A stretch of 63,536 nt of DNA, counting the filler, from Reticulomyxa filosa (Eukaryota > Protista > Foraminifera): NCBI GenBank assembly GCA_000512085.1. It is 17 parts of 17 records of this genome, joined end to end, with 100 filler letters (N's around TTAATTAATTAA, not from the genome) between each part and the next. Parts side by side here need not be neighbours in the genome. Positions count along the whole stretch, not along the records: positions 1 to 26,989 come from ASPP01008828.1; 16 more parts are not named here. The stretch is one strand, 5' to 3'. Position numbers and translations under genes: made by a program. The notes under the pieces are model-generated. The model had not been told where the DNA came from, made no database searches, and worked only from the letters and a program-made list of their open reading frames with translations. Shown one piece after another: positions 1 to 12,684 of the stretch. Numbering within the stretch: the first letter of the stretch is position 1; the number at the start of each line of letters is the position of its first letter.

Positions 1-84
1 ATTTTGCCACGTTATTTTTTTATTTTTTATCTTTATTTTTGTTGTTGTTGTTGTTGTTGCTAAACAAATTATGCTTTACTCACT

Positions 85-1449
85 GTGATCACTTATGGCC
101 ACAGATATTTGTCTATGTTGGGTCGCATGGCCTATCCGTTGGTATTTTTGGTTGTGATTACCATTGAAATGGCGGACAATGGCGCAAAATACCACACTAA
201 AAAACACGACAGAATACTATTCACAGTTGCAGAGAGGAACTTCAATCTTTACGATTTGAAATTGGACAGCATGACATTACTGGCTTATGTGACCATTTCG
301 CTGTTGGTGTTTGTTGCCTTGGATCGCAACAAATCCTTTTTTTATTTTGGATTGCAACCTGTCGCAAGACATTTGCACTTGAATCTCTCCGAACTTTCTG
401 AAAAGAATGGGTCGACGTTTCGATCGGAAGACTCCTTGTTATTGTTGTGGATCATCAATTTATCATGTTTGTTTACGTGTCACACTATTGCCATTAAAAT
501 TATATATGTACATACATATAAGCTCTTTTCAACTTCCTCTCTCCTCTTCTTCTTCTTCTTCTTTTTTGATTCCAAATAAATCAAGGAATAAAAGAACATT
601 ACACATGATAATGGGATACAGTTGTTACATACGTTTCATTTTTTGTATGGGATGGAGAAAGCTCTTGGAAAGCGATTCCCAGTGGTGTTATGTTTGGCTG
701 CGTGGTATTACTTATTTATCGTGAATCTCGGATCACTGTGTTAAAGATGCTGCTGAAGCAATTGCACACGATTGTGTGGTTGCTTTCTATAGTTATCATG
801 TGGATTGTCACTGTGACTGCCATTTGCATGCGCCCAATACCACACTCAACAGTTATCATCAGCGATTTGTTAAACACCTTCACTTATTCCATCGGAATGC
901 TCCTGTTTATTAGCATGGATTCATTTGTACTTTCCAGCACAAGCTTTTTATTGCGAGGGACTCTACCTATGATGTTCATTGTTGTCTCAGGTTTGTGTTA
1001 CACATAAACTATGTCCCTTTCTTGTCTTTCTTTGCAAGGGATCATATCATCAGCATCTTCTGTTTTTGTGCGAACACACAGGCTATGCGTGCTGGTTTGC
1101 CACGTTTTATGACAGGAATTCAATGAGTGGCGAATATCCGCAGTTGATTATTCGGCCTGTATATTACCTTAACATTACTCTGACTTTGTGTTCAATGATT
1201 CAGTATTTGAGAGATCCAAAACATGATTATTTTATCTATATCCAAGCCCGGCGAAAGAAAAAGCATGTCCAAAAGAGAATGACATCCTTCGGTGAGCGAA
1301 TGGTTCGTCGAAATATTGGCAAGCGTAAATTTTATCCAGATAATCCCACGGAAGACGAGCCCACATTTGAAAAAAGTAACTTTCAGCGATCTAATACACC
1401 AGGATACTCTTCCAGTGATGCGGAAACTGATGATAGATACATGGAATGA
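85..1449 (+). CDS. Multi-exon, multi-pass membrane hypothetical protein (5' end uncertain)
   Basis: Three hydrophobic ORF segments (85-~505, ~615-990, 1082-1449). A GT-AG intron at 991-1081 joins IVVSG|YACWF in frame. Basic/acidic C-terminal tail. No family recognised. Confidence 0.6.
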
Positions 1450-1839
1450 ATGTCCTTCCTCAAATACATTGTTTAACAAGGATGACAATTACTCGAAACT
1501 CAATTACTGAAAGTTGTCTTGTGCTTGAAGTTTATCCTTGTTTTGCAATGGTTAAGTTCTTCACGCTTTTTTCAAAAATTCTTTAGTGTGCAGTTTGATG
1601 TCATTTTATAAGTAATTTATTTTTTTAAAATTCTTTGTACGATTAAGTATCAAAATGCTAATATTGATCATTCATCATGCGACTGCAACTTTACCACTAA
1701 CAAAATCTCGCTTTCTCCAATTTTATAAAAAATTCATCGCATAAAAAAAAGTGGTATTATAGAAGATATTTTGTTTTATTTGTTCAGAAAAAAACAACGA
1801 AGTGAATAGTTGTTGCCACAATTGTTTAATTTTGAAAAA

Positions 1840-4800
1840 CTAGATTGTAAGTAATTGTTGTGCAAAAGCTGCCTCTTTTTTATCTCGAATTGGATGTAAA
1901 TATACACATCCTACTCTTGTGCACTTTTCATCAAATCGGCATATACTATTATTTTTCTCACTACTTGTTAGTGTTATTTTTTGCGTAATGCTGTCATTTC
2001 GAAATGCTATATTTAACATTTTTTTAAAGAAATAGCAGTCATGGAAAAAAATTGAAAATGGACAAATACATATGCACATAAAAATAAAATACCCATTCTG
2101 CCCATCAAATGTCTATAGTAACAATCTTTTCGAGTACACATTGTGCCATAACGACACAACGGCTTTGCTTCTTTTTTGACTGGCTTAAATTCTCTGTTTT
2201 TATCGTCTTGGAGTGAAGAGTTAAGAACAGTAGTAAGTAAAGAGGTCGAAGGTGCCACTTCTTCATCATTTTTGTTGTTACTTTCGCTGCATGCCGAATC
2301 TGCTTTTACTAGCTCGATGTTTGAATTTTCAGAATCAGTATTGTAAACTTTGGAAATATTCTTTGCCTTTTTCAATCGAGAATGATTTAAATGCCACGTA
2401 TTTCTATACTTCCGCATTTGTTGAGTTTGCATTTGTTGCGAATTCATTGCTGAAGTATTGAAAAGACGAAGAGGAGAAGAATTGTAAGGATGAAACGTGC
2501 TCTTATTTGGAGCCAACGCATTGTAGGAACCTCCAGTATGTTGCCCGCCGTAGCTTTTGCATTCATCCGCCGCTTGAGACAAAGGATCAGCAGTTCTATC
2601 AAGCATTATATAATCAGATATATACACACAAACACGTATATAAAAGGAAAAAATTCAATGAAAAAGAACAAATGCCAAAACTGGACAGATGGTGACACAT
2701 TGATTGGTGCGAAATAGGGATTTGCCGGATGATACATCGGCCCAACCATATTGTAATGATTGCCACCATTTTGTTCATTCAAATCGCTTTGTTTCTCAAT
2801 TTCGCTATCCAAGATTTCCTTTTTAATCCTTTCCAACAATTTAATCATGTTTGCGTCCATGTCTTCCTCCTCATTTTTCTTTTCATTTAGCACTGCGATA
2901 TTTCCAATCGCCAATGTAATTGTCGCGACGGCAGGCTTAGAAATGTCTTTGTCAGTGTTTACATACAAATCCCTCAGTAACTGTTTGTTTTGTTTGTCCG
3001 GGGACAATATCTCAAAGTGTACTGTCGGATTTGCTGGCATAGCGTGTCTCCATAAGCAATTGTTGCCACGTCGACAACCCAGTATGGAAAAATAGTTCCA
3101 GCAGATATTCCAATCGCAACCGATTAATGACTATTTTCAGTACACACAAAACACGAAATAAAATAAGGTCAAAAAAAAAAAAAAAGCAGCAAATTTAAAA
3201 GTCCATACCTCCTGAGGATTGGTGATAACGATTTGGTCATATTTACTCAAAGACAATGTTTGTATCCTATCAATCTCCGCTTTTATATTGTCAAACCCTT
3301 TGTTTGGAAGTCTGATGTTGTAATCCGTGCAGTTACTACGAGCATGACGAGTGGCATGGACATTTGGATTGTGTTCGTATTTGCTATGGGTGAGACCATT
3401 TGTACAATAACTACTATTTTCATCATTGGACAAGATACTCGTTTTTTTAATGCAAGTGTCTCTAATCATTTTTATAAGTGCTTGAGAGCGACGATGGATT
3501 GCAGATAGGTCATTCCTATTGTTCTCATCCTCATTGCTTGCAACCATCGATCGTTTTGTGCGCACATCACTATCGCCAATTGGTTCCTGTCTCTGCTTCA
3601 CGGATGTTTGGTCCATATTCATTACACGTCGCAATTTGCCCTCGCTTTTGTTATCGGTGATCAAGACTACCAGTTCTGCCTTGCAAGGTCTCAAACAAGT
3701 GTCTGTTCCATCCCTTTTGTTTACATCACATCGATCGCACAGATACAAGTTTTACATTTCAAAAAAAAAAAAAAAAAAAATTGTATACGTACGTCGTTTA
3801 TTAAAGAGATGGAACAAAAAATACCGTCGTGATTTAGTTGGTGATAAAATGGAACAGTTATCTTTTTGTTGATGTGACAATGTGCGCTGTTTTTCTTCAT
3901 GTCCATTTGCATATTTGCCCGAATGCCCTCTTCCTTTTTTCCGTACTTGATTGTCTTGACTATCAGTTGATCCAATTGAATTTTGTTTGCCATTATTTCG
4001 AACAGAATGTCCCACACCTTGGTCTGTACTTCTACTTCTACTTCTACTTCTACTTCGACTCTTACTTTTGCTCTTGCTTTTATTCGTGGTTGTGTCGCTT
4101 TCTCTGCCTTCACGTCTTTGCGAGAAAGTGTCTCGCACAATATTGTCATTGCTCATTTTCTCCACTTTTTGTCCAGAGATGTGCGGTGTATCTCTTGAAG
4201 GGCTGCGCACTTGCGCTATGTCTTTTTTTTTTAAAAAAAATGATTAATTACTTTTTATCCTTTTTGAGACACGCGAAGAACAAACAAATAAAAAGAAAAC
4301 TTTGAGAAGGACAGCTAATCCTTGAAATGGATGGATGTGAACGCTCCCCGTTGGAATGTAAGTGGTGTTGATGTCATCACTTCCATTGATATTTACTATT
4401 GTTATGTTGTCGGTAATGTGACTTATCGTCTCTTCGCTTCTCTTCTTGCTTTGCTCGCTCATTTCATGTTCGCTTGGATTCACTTTCTTTTCTTTTTTGC
4501 TTCTTTTTGCTATTTTGTGTGATTGGAACAAGCATCTCCCAAACCCATTCCACAAATGTTATCGATTTTTTTCTTCCAAAGAACGCTTCCAAATCGTCCA
4601 CTAATTCGTTCTTTTCATGACCATTCCTAACAATTGTTGCCACATACTTTTTATTTTATTTTTATTGTTTATTTGTTTCATTTTGATCTTCATTTCAAAG
4701 AAAAAAATAACTAGACATTTGAACTTACATCGACCAAATTTTCGTCAATCGAGTGACCATTTGGAACGTATTCCTTGAGTTTAATTCTTAGCTGTTGCTT

Positions 4801-4875
4801 GAAAATGCCATCAAAAAAGTCAGTGGGTAAATATTTCACTTCTAATTTTGAATTAGGACTAATTTCAAGGGACAT
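1840..4875 (-). pseudogene. Nab2/ZC3H14-like poly(A)-RNA-binding protein (PWI-like N-terminus, RS tract, CCCH fingers) with three in-frame TGA codons; pseudogene or recoded
   Basis: ATG at 4875. Spliced N-terminus reads DENLVD|YVATIVRNGHEKNELVDDLEAFFGRKKSITFVEWVWEML (PWI-like). KSKSRSRSRSRS tract; C-x8-C-x5-C-x3-H finger near 3045-3105; two C-x5-C-x4-C-x3-H fingers (CRYGTMCTRKDCYYRH, CRFDEKCTRVGCVYLH). TGA at 4464-4466 and 4374-4379. Confidence 0.7.
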
Positions 4876-5984
4876 GAATGAATTATTTGTCTATTTAATA
4901 TTTTTGCAATTAATCCACAAAACATCCCTGTAGGAACTTTTTTTTTTACGCTTGCAGTTAAATTGTTGTCGAGAACTTTAGAAGAAATAGAACAACTGAA
5001 AATTATGAAAGATATAACGAACCGCCCACGCATTGAAAAGGAGTCTACGATGCAAAAAACATTACTTATGACAAAAGCACATCTATGAAAATACAAATAA
5101 AATTACAATCATTCCATCATTGATAACTCCAATAAAAGATAGAGTCAGTAACACTATTGTAAAAAAGTGATATTTATAAATCAAATTTACTGTCATGCAA
5201 GGAAATGTGTCCAAAAACCCTCATCTTCCTTTTTTTTTTTGCTGTGATTGGCGAATTTTGTCCTTTTTTTGATTTAATTTCAAATCTTATAAATTTTTCG
5301 TACCACTTTCTGAGTTTTTTTTCAATTCTTGTTGGAATAATATTCCACAATAAGTAAAATATTGGATAGAATTTATATAGTTACAGAAAACTTGCTTATT
5401 TTCTTTTTTCCAACTTTTTGAACAAAGTGTAGTGCTCATGATACGTCGTAACGTGCAGTTCTCGCAAAGTCCAAGTTCTTTGGAACTCCTTTATTCTAGC
5501 AACACACTACCCACTTTCCTGACTTGTCTTTTCTCTTTCACTTGGTTGAATTTTGTCATTTATTTCTTTTAATTGTTCTTTTGTTTTGAATTGCTCAGAA
5601 GAGCGAAACCTTCGTATTACATTTTACGCAATCTTTCAGCAGAAGACCCACAAAAGAAACGTTGATAATTAAGGAAAAACGATCATTGAACTGAGTCTAA
5701 CATCAAAATTTTATAAAAGAGTGAAACGAAGAGCGATATATGTAACCGACTCAGCACTAAAAGATAGCGATAAGTAACTTTGGCCAAAAAAAATTATTTT
5801 TGCATTGAAAAACTCGTAAATTTTTATCATAAAACTATTTTTTTGATGACTGCTTTTTCACTTTTTTTTGCAAGCTTTTTCGTTTGAACAAAATCACAAA
5901 ATCGTACCTTAACACATGTTGCATCAATCTTTAGTCAAACGATAAAAAAAGTTGATATTTATATATCACAAATGTTGCTGGTGA

Positions 5985-6182
5985 GCAAAAATTTGGATGA
6001 TGCACAGAATTGACTAATGCACAAAAGTTTGACTAATGCACCAATTTGGCTGATGCATAAAATATATAATGCACAAAAGTTTGGCTAATGTTCAAAAATT
6101 TGCTGACACATAAAATATCTAATGCACAAAAGTTTGACTGTTCAAAAATTTTGTTGATGTGCACAATGTCTAATGCACAAAC
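5985..6182. repeat. Degenerate tandem repeat, ~18-20 bp unit, ~10 copies (consensus near TAATGCACAAAAGTTTGRC)
   Basis: Recurring taatgcacaaaagtttgac / taatgcacaaaagtttggc / tgatgcataaaatatat units read directly. Confidence 0.75.
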
Positions 6183-7785
6183 ATTTCCTCTCTAAGAATC
6201 AAACAAACGTTTTTTAAGGATGCAGGAGTCAAAAAACTGTCAAATTTTTTATGACTTATTTGTTAGTTCTCGTCCGCATAAAAAAAGATTTTTTGGTAAA
6301 TTTTATCAAAATTGCTTATTAATAACTTTACGCGTACAACTTCTTTTCCTTTTGCTCAGTCCTAAAAAAAAAAAAAGTGTTGCCACGACGCATACTTTCA
6401 ACTGAAGCACTTTTCGGGCTTCAAAAAAAAAGCTGTACATTTTTGGACTAGTTTACAATAAAAACAGTCCAAGATTTTATGCGTATGCATTATAAAAAAA
6501 TGTTTTTTTTGTTGATGATACAAAATGATCTTCAAAACAATTTTGCAAATTATGTCTAAAAAAAATTGTTTTTTTTAAGTTTTTTGTCGGACCAAGTACT
6601 TCAATGTCTATTAAACAAAAAAAAAAAAAATAATGTGACAGAAGCACGAAAACGATTTACGTATGTACAGCTTCTGCCAAAAGTTAAAAAAAAGAGCTAA
6701 ATAAGCACACGATGCAAAAACAAAAGACCATGCTGACGAAAATGAACAAAAGGAAATATTGCTTGAAAGGCTATACTTGCAGGATCACTCCAAAACAACA
6801 TCAAACGCTTAATCAAAAGGCAATACTTGCAATCAAATTAAATTTTTTTTTTCACAATTTATTGCAAACTTTGTTATCACCACCAAAAGAAAAAAAATTG
6901 TTGTGATAAATCAAATTCAATTTTTGAATATTCATCACCATTTGCTTTGTGTTACTTAATGAAATTTGCAAAGGCGGACTTACTTTGAATTTTTTAAAAG
7001 GCGTTGTTTTACATGAGTGGCACACTACAACGCGTACCTTTGAACCCGAAGCTGATTTGATGATGTGGCATACTCTGCAGCAGAGAAGTATAAAAACTTG
7101 CTTGTTGTCAATGCACATACTTTTCGAAGCAAAGTTGGAAAAGTTTGTTTCACACTACATCATAATCTTTGCATGCCTTTGGCTATCACTACAAATCGCC
7201 AAACAAACAAAGCCATGATCCGCCTTACAATCTCTTATGCTGAACAAATCAACTATTTCAAGCATTTTACTTGCAAGACAAAGACAAGTTCTCTCCTATA
7301 CGTATACTAGTTGGAGACGACAGCTTTCTTTTTCGAAAAGTCTGTGTACATTCGGTAACTGAATTTCCCGATATCTTGTGATGTGTGTGTTATCACAGAC
7401 ATTTCTTTAACTTTGACTAGAATATTGACTTAATTTTGTCGCAGTACACTCGTTTAGAAAAAAAATTGAAAAGAGAAATGCAACGTCACGAATTGACGCT
7501 AAATCAACAAATGTTTTTTTCCGCTACCTTCCTTTGCCTTCTCGTTAATAAAATCATGTATAGAAAAGAAGACAATAAAACAAAAACTAAAATAATTGCT
7601 TTTAAAATAAAAATAGAAATTGAAACAAAAAAAAGTTAGTTGACATCAATAATATTTTGATTGTCATTTTCATTGCTGTTGTCACTATTGTCGATTTCGT
7701 TTTCTTCTTCCATTATCATTTTCGATTTCTTTGGCACGGACAATGTTCTATTTAACTAATGTAATATCATTACTAGAAAAAATTT

Positions 7786-8150
7786 TTATGAAGCTTTTTC
7801 AGTTGATTTTTCATCTTTCTTGTTTGTATTATTTCGAAATGCTCTTATGTTTGCTATATTATGCTTTGACGTTTCTTCTTTAGTATCTTCAATTTCAGAT
7901 AGTGCTATTTTACTTATATCTTTTGCAAAAAGCAAAAAATTGATACTATTATTGCATGAAATACATATCAAAAATTGATAATTTAGTGAATCATTATTTA
8001 CAGAAAAAGGAAAAATTATTAGTACAATACAATCAATACTAACATCTAAAAAAATTAACTGAGTTTGGGACACTTAGTTGACAAATGCTGACAACATGAA
8101 ACAGAGTCAAAGTAATCAAGAAGCTAGTATAACTAGAGTAACATGAAAGA
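7786..8150 (-). pseudogene. Possible decayed C-terminal fragment of a multi-TM (7TM-like) gene
   Basis: LIFLDVSIDCIVLIIFPF resembles the last helix of the 7TM-like protein at 29024-29894; several stops lie upstream in frame. Confidence 0.25.
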
Positions 8151-8823
8151 AATTTACTCCTGAGCTAAAATTTCAACAAAACACGAAAACAAATTAAATA
8201 ATAAAAAAAAATATCGAACGTGACAGAACGAAAGTTTGAAAGAAAGGGGTTAAAGTTCAAGTTGAGCTTCTTTGTTTTTGTTGGACACCACCCTACATCG
8301 AGTTGTTATAAAAAAAGTTACAAAGTAATATTTTTTAGAGAAATGAACTTTGACATAAAGCGGCCAAAACCTAAACTATATTTTTAAAAAAACAAATTGC
8401 AACTGTAATAAGAAAAAACAAAAAAAGATGCTCGAGAGTTGATTCCTTCATTTTGAGCTATAGAAAAAAAAAATACAAAATGCCCCCTATGACATGCGAC
8501 ATTGTCAAGCTGAAATGTGCAAACAGCACAAATAAGAAAACAGCAAAAATACATTTAAAAAACAACAAAAATTCGAAAGCTCAGAAGTTGTTACTTAGGA
8601 CAAAACCTGACTAGTTTTGTAATGTTTATTACCAAGTATGTGTGACATGTGGCAACCACATGTCCTCCTCTTCACACATTTTCTTTTTTTTGTTATTGTT
8701 ATTAGTGCATCTTTTCCTAAAGAAAGACACAAAGAGCTTACTTTGTTCAAGCAATGATTAATGTGGAACAAATAAAACTGTCGTTGAAGATTGAGGTTAG
8801 AAAACAACAAAAAAAGATTGTGT

Positions 8824-10198
8824 TCAAACAATGACAATATTATCCATATTGCCTTCAGCAAAAATTTTTTTTTTGATATTGCTATCAGCATCATTATGAG
8901 TTCTCATGTCAAATGCGACATTAGGGCCAATTTTGGTGGCAACAACATTGGCAGATAGATTTCGACTTCGACTGCGATTATTGCTACCCCCAAGCCAAAC
9001 TTTGGTGTTATTAGATGTGTTAAAATTGGAGGAGGGGATCATTCCATCTTTTTTAATAAACCCTTTCGCAGTAGCTTGAATTTTGGTCTGTTCCATGCGT
9101 TGATAGCACATGCGGAGCAAATAATAATTGCTTACCCCACTCAAAGGTAATGTCAAAAACAAGACCATCCTCTCAGGCAATCCCGTCCATGATTGCAGCA
9201 GCAAGCCAACAATTCCAGACAAAACCAAACTGAAGCCATATACTAAATACGTTCTCCACAGCGACTCACAGAACGAATCATCAGTACCAGAGGACTCGGC
9301 TCCGCTATTGCCAGTGTGAAAGACTAAGAAACGATTCAAAATGTGCTGCCACATGACACTGGCTAAGTAAGCCACGCTCCACGCCAGTGTAAAAGAGTAT
9401 TGTCGTAAAAATAACGGTAAATCGATTATTAATCCACGTTTGATCATCGCGTCTAATATTTCAAACATTAAATAAAACAGCAATGTCGCCAAAATTGTTG
9501 AAAATGTGAAGTAATATTTTTGTTGTGTTTCCACATCCATTTCATACAATTCTTTTCGAAATATCCGAAAACGGTTGTACAAATAACTTATCAATTTTGT
9601 TGCCAGCACCAAACATTCCAGTACTATTCCTTTTATTTTGTTTTTTTTTTTTTTTGCAAAATGCACATGTTACACACTTTTTTCTCCTGTCAAAGACAAC
9701 AGCAAAAAAAAAGGGAGGACCAACAACATAATCCCACCACCCCGTGGGCATACCCAAAAATCGTTGCATATAACCCGTCAAATATTCCACAAGGTTCAAT
9801 ATGACCTGCTTCTTTTGCTTTGGCTTTACTTTTCTTTTGGTTTTGCTTGTTGATGCTATTGACGATGACACGCTCGCATTGTCACTATCGTTATTTGCTT
9901 GATTCGCATTCTTGTTGCTTGTTATACTGTGGGTGGTAGGTCCAACAGCGGAGGTACTCGAATGTGGGGATATCAAATGATTGGAACCTGTTGTTACTGA
10001 ACCTATATTGGTCGAATAGAAATTACTGTTAGTGCTCATTATTGTTGATGTCGGCAAAAAGGGTGGTGCCGAGGTTGAACTTATCACTGCCTGCGGGTGT
10101 ATATGCTGAGATTGCATATGAGCGTTTCCGGGGTTCATAGTGCTCACAAACAAACGATGAAACGAATGCTTTGAGGGACTATCATAATGATTTCGCAT
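8824..10198 (-). CDS. GtrA-like 4-TM domain protein with a Ser/Thr/Asn-rich N-terminal extension
   Basis: Two exons; intron 9630-9720 joins WWDYVV/GIVLECL in frame. GtrA-like pattern AWSVAYLASVMWQHILNRFLVF ... SGVSNYYLLR with four hydrophobic helices. Confidence 0.65.
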
Positions 10199-11271
10199 GG
10201 TCAAAATTCTGACACAACCGAATATGCAACAAATTGTAAAATTATTTCTTGGATTTCCCTTTGAAAAGCTTTTTTGAAACGTAAGAATAATAGCCTGTTT
10301 GCTTTATGTGATGAGATTATTGATCGTGTAAACACAAGGTTTGATAAATAACACAGAGTTGACATTTCATTTCAGTGCATTTACATTGAACACAATGAAA
10401 TATTTGTTAAAGATGTGACATATTGAACGTTTGAATATATTCGACAATAATTAGAAATGATTTAAATTATATTAAGCTATATAAAACCAGTAAACAGTTG
10501 TTAAAACCAAACACACGACATATAATGCAAATAGTTGAAAAAAGTTTATTCTTGGCTGTTGGAAAAAAACCAAATAATTAATAATATTAAAAATGAACGC
10601 ACCATATATCAAAGAGAACAAAGCAAGTATGGCCATTACTAAACAAGTTCACTGAAATTAGAAAACCAATGTAGAGAGATGCAAGAAAGGTGGTTTTCTA
10701 GAGATTTTGTTAGATAAAAGTGAAAGTGAATTTAAATAAAAGAAAAGGATAAAGAGTGTTTCTCATTAAAGAGTTGAATTATTACAACTCTGGAGTCAGT
10801 TATGGCTCATGTATCACTACACCGATAAATATTGTTTGTGGTGAATGTTTATTTTTTACTTTGTTGTAAGCGTTGATCAATATTTTTAGCATACATGTAC
10901 TATTTGGACGACAATTACACTACATATGGTTAGTATAATTTTTACACTGTTTGTCTTACTTGTTGCTGAAAAGTATCTAATATCTGCGTTTTTCAAATAA
11001 TCTGTTCATTTTTGTGAAGTAATCGAAACTTTACTTATTCAAAATTATATGGTTAGCTTTAATAATTCACTGGTCACTGTGATTGTAACTTTTGTATTCT
11101 ATTTTAACCCTTAAGTAACGTTAAATTGGAACAAAAGTATTGTTTCTTTTTAATGAAAAATTGAAACCAAGTTAATAGAGTTTTTTGCAAACTGAGATAA
11201 CGTTCACAAAAAAAACTCTTTGTTTGCATATATTGTTTCTCTGACTAAGTTACATCAAATCTGTTTAAATC

Positions 11272-12131
11272 ATGTCTCGATGGGGCCCATATGTTGATAA
11301 TGGAGGTAAAACTGAAGAAATGACGAAATTGATTTTTTTGTTTCGTTTTTGAGCGTTTAACAAAGAAAAAGTAAATTTTTATTGAACAGGCACTGCAGTA
11401 GCAGTAGCTGGAACTGGTTTTGCGATAATCGCAGCAGATCGTCGTTTAAGTACCGATTACAACATATTGTCACGAGAAGTAGACAAGTTGGTGAAATTGA
11501 CTAGTAAGACTGTGCTGGGCTCATGTGGAATGCAATCAGACCGCAACACGCTGCACAGTATACTGAAATCCAGAATGCACGATTATCAAATCAATCACGA
11601 AAAAGAAATGTCTACCCATGCGATATCAGAGATGTTATCTCGAACATTATATTACCGAAGATTTTTCCCTTATTGTATGTCTCAATGTTGTTTTCGCTGT
11701 GTTTTTTTTTGACTAGTTTGTTTTTAAAAAAAAAAAATGAACGTTTTGAGCATTACCCCTTTGAATGCATTTTTATGTCTTTATTTTTTCTTTTATCAGA
11801 TACCTTTAATGTTTTGGCTGGAATTGATGAGAAAGGAGAAGGATACGTATACTCCTATGATGCGATTGGTTCTTTCGAAGCAAACAAGCACGGAGCAACA
11901 GGAAGTGGAACTGAACTCGCTGTGCCAATGTTGGACAATATTTTGGACAAACAACATCAATCCAAAGCCGATAAAAATGAAAAGTTGACCAAAGAAAAGG
12001 CTCTTGAACTAGTTCAAGATGTGTTGAACGCGGTTGTTGAAAGAGATATTAAAACAGGTGATGGAGCCGACATTTACATTATAACCCCAGAAGGGTGTGA
12101 AAAGAAATTTATGCCTTTGAGAAAAGATTAA
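11272..12131 (+). CDS. PSMB1: 20S proteasome subunit beta type-1 (beta6 / Pre7)
   Basis: Introns 11306-11389 and 11675-11799 give MSRWGPYVDNGGTAVAVAG...LYYRRFFPYYTFNVLAGID...YSYDAIGS...ERDIKTGDG...LRKD, the diagnostic beta6 motifs. Confidence 0.95.
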
Positions 12132-12684
12132 CATTGACTAACAAACCGCAAAAAAAATTTTGCTTGTCATTTTTTCGAACAAATTCTAACCAAGCGATTA
12201 TTTTCAATTTTCTACTAACTGGAGATTTTGACTTCTGCAACGCTCTTGAATGCAACATTACCGTCACAGCTTTTTGAACACTTATTAAAAATTTAATAAG
12301 ATTCCCTTTATCGTTGCCAAATTAAAAAATAAAAACAAACACAAGAACTTGATTACGTTGACCGCAATCATAACATTTTTGTTTTCATCATTTACGTAAA
12401 ATCATACATAAGATTAAGACCAACACACACATTAGAGATTGTAGCCATAGCACTGTTAGCAACACTTATTTTTTAATGGGCATACACTGAAAGACTCTTT
12501 TGTATGTTAGATTTAATAATTAAAGAAAAGTAGCAAAAATAGTACTTTCTTTAGTGATAAAAATGAAAAATAGTTGGTAGAATTTATAGCGCTTTTGAAA
12601 ACAAGAGATGCTCATGTTTATGGAGCCTGTAGAAATTTTTAGTCAGTCGCTCAATACTGTCCCTTGCAACTGAAGCACAAAAAT

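Noticed and set aside
3838-4305. Plus-strand ORFs with poly-Leu, FYFY or STST runs
   Set aside because: Antisense shadows of the RS-repeat exon.
5985-6182. CRISPR array
   Set aside because: Units are contiguous and degenerate with no unique spacers; eukaryotic context with no cas genes.
6949-7400. Overlapping short ORFs as a gene
   Set aside because: No recognisable motif, with stops in the flanking frames; at most decayed coding sequence.
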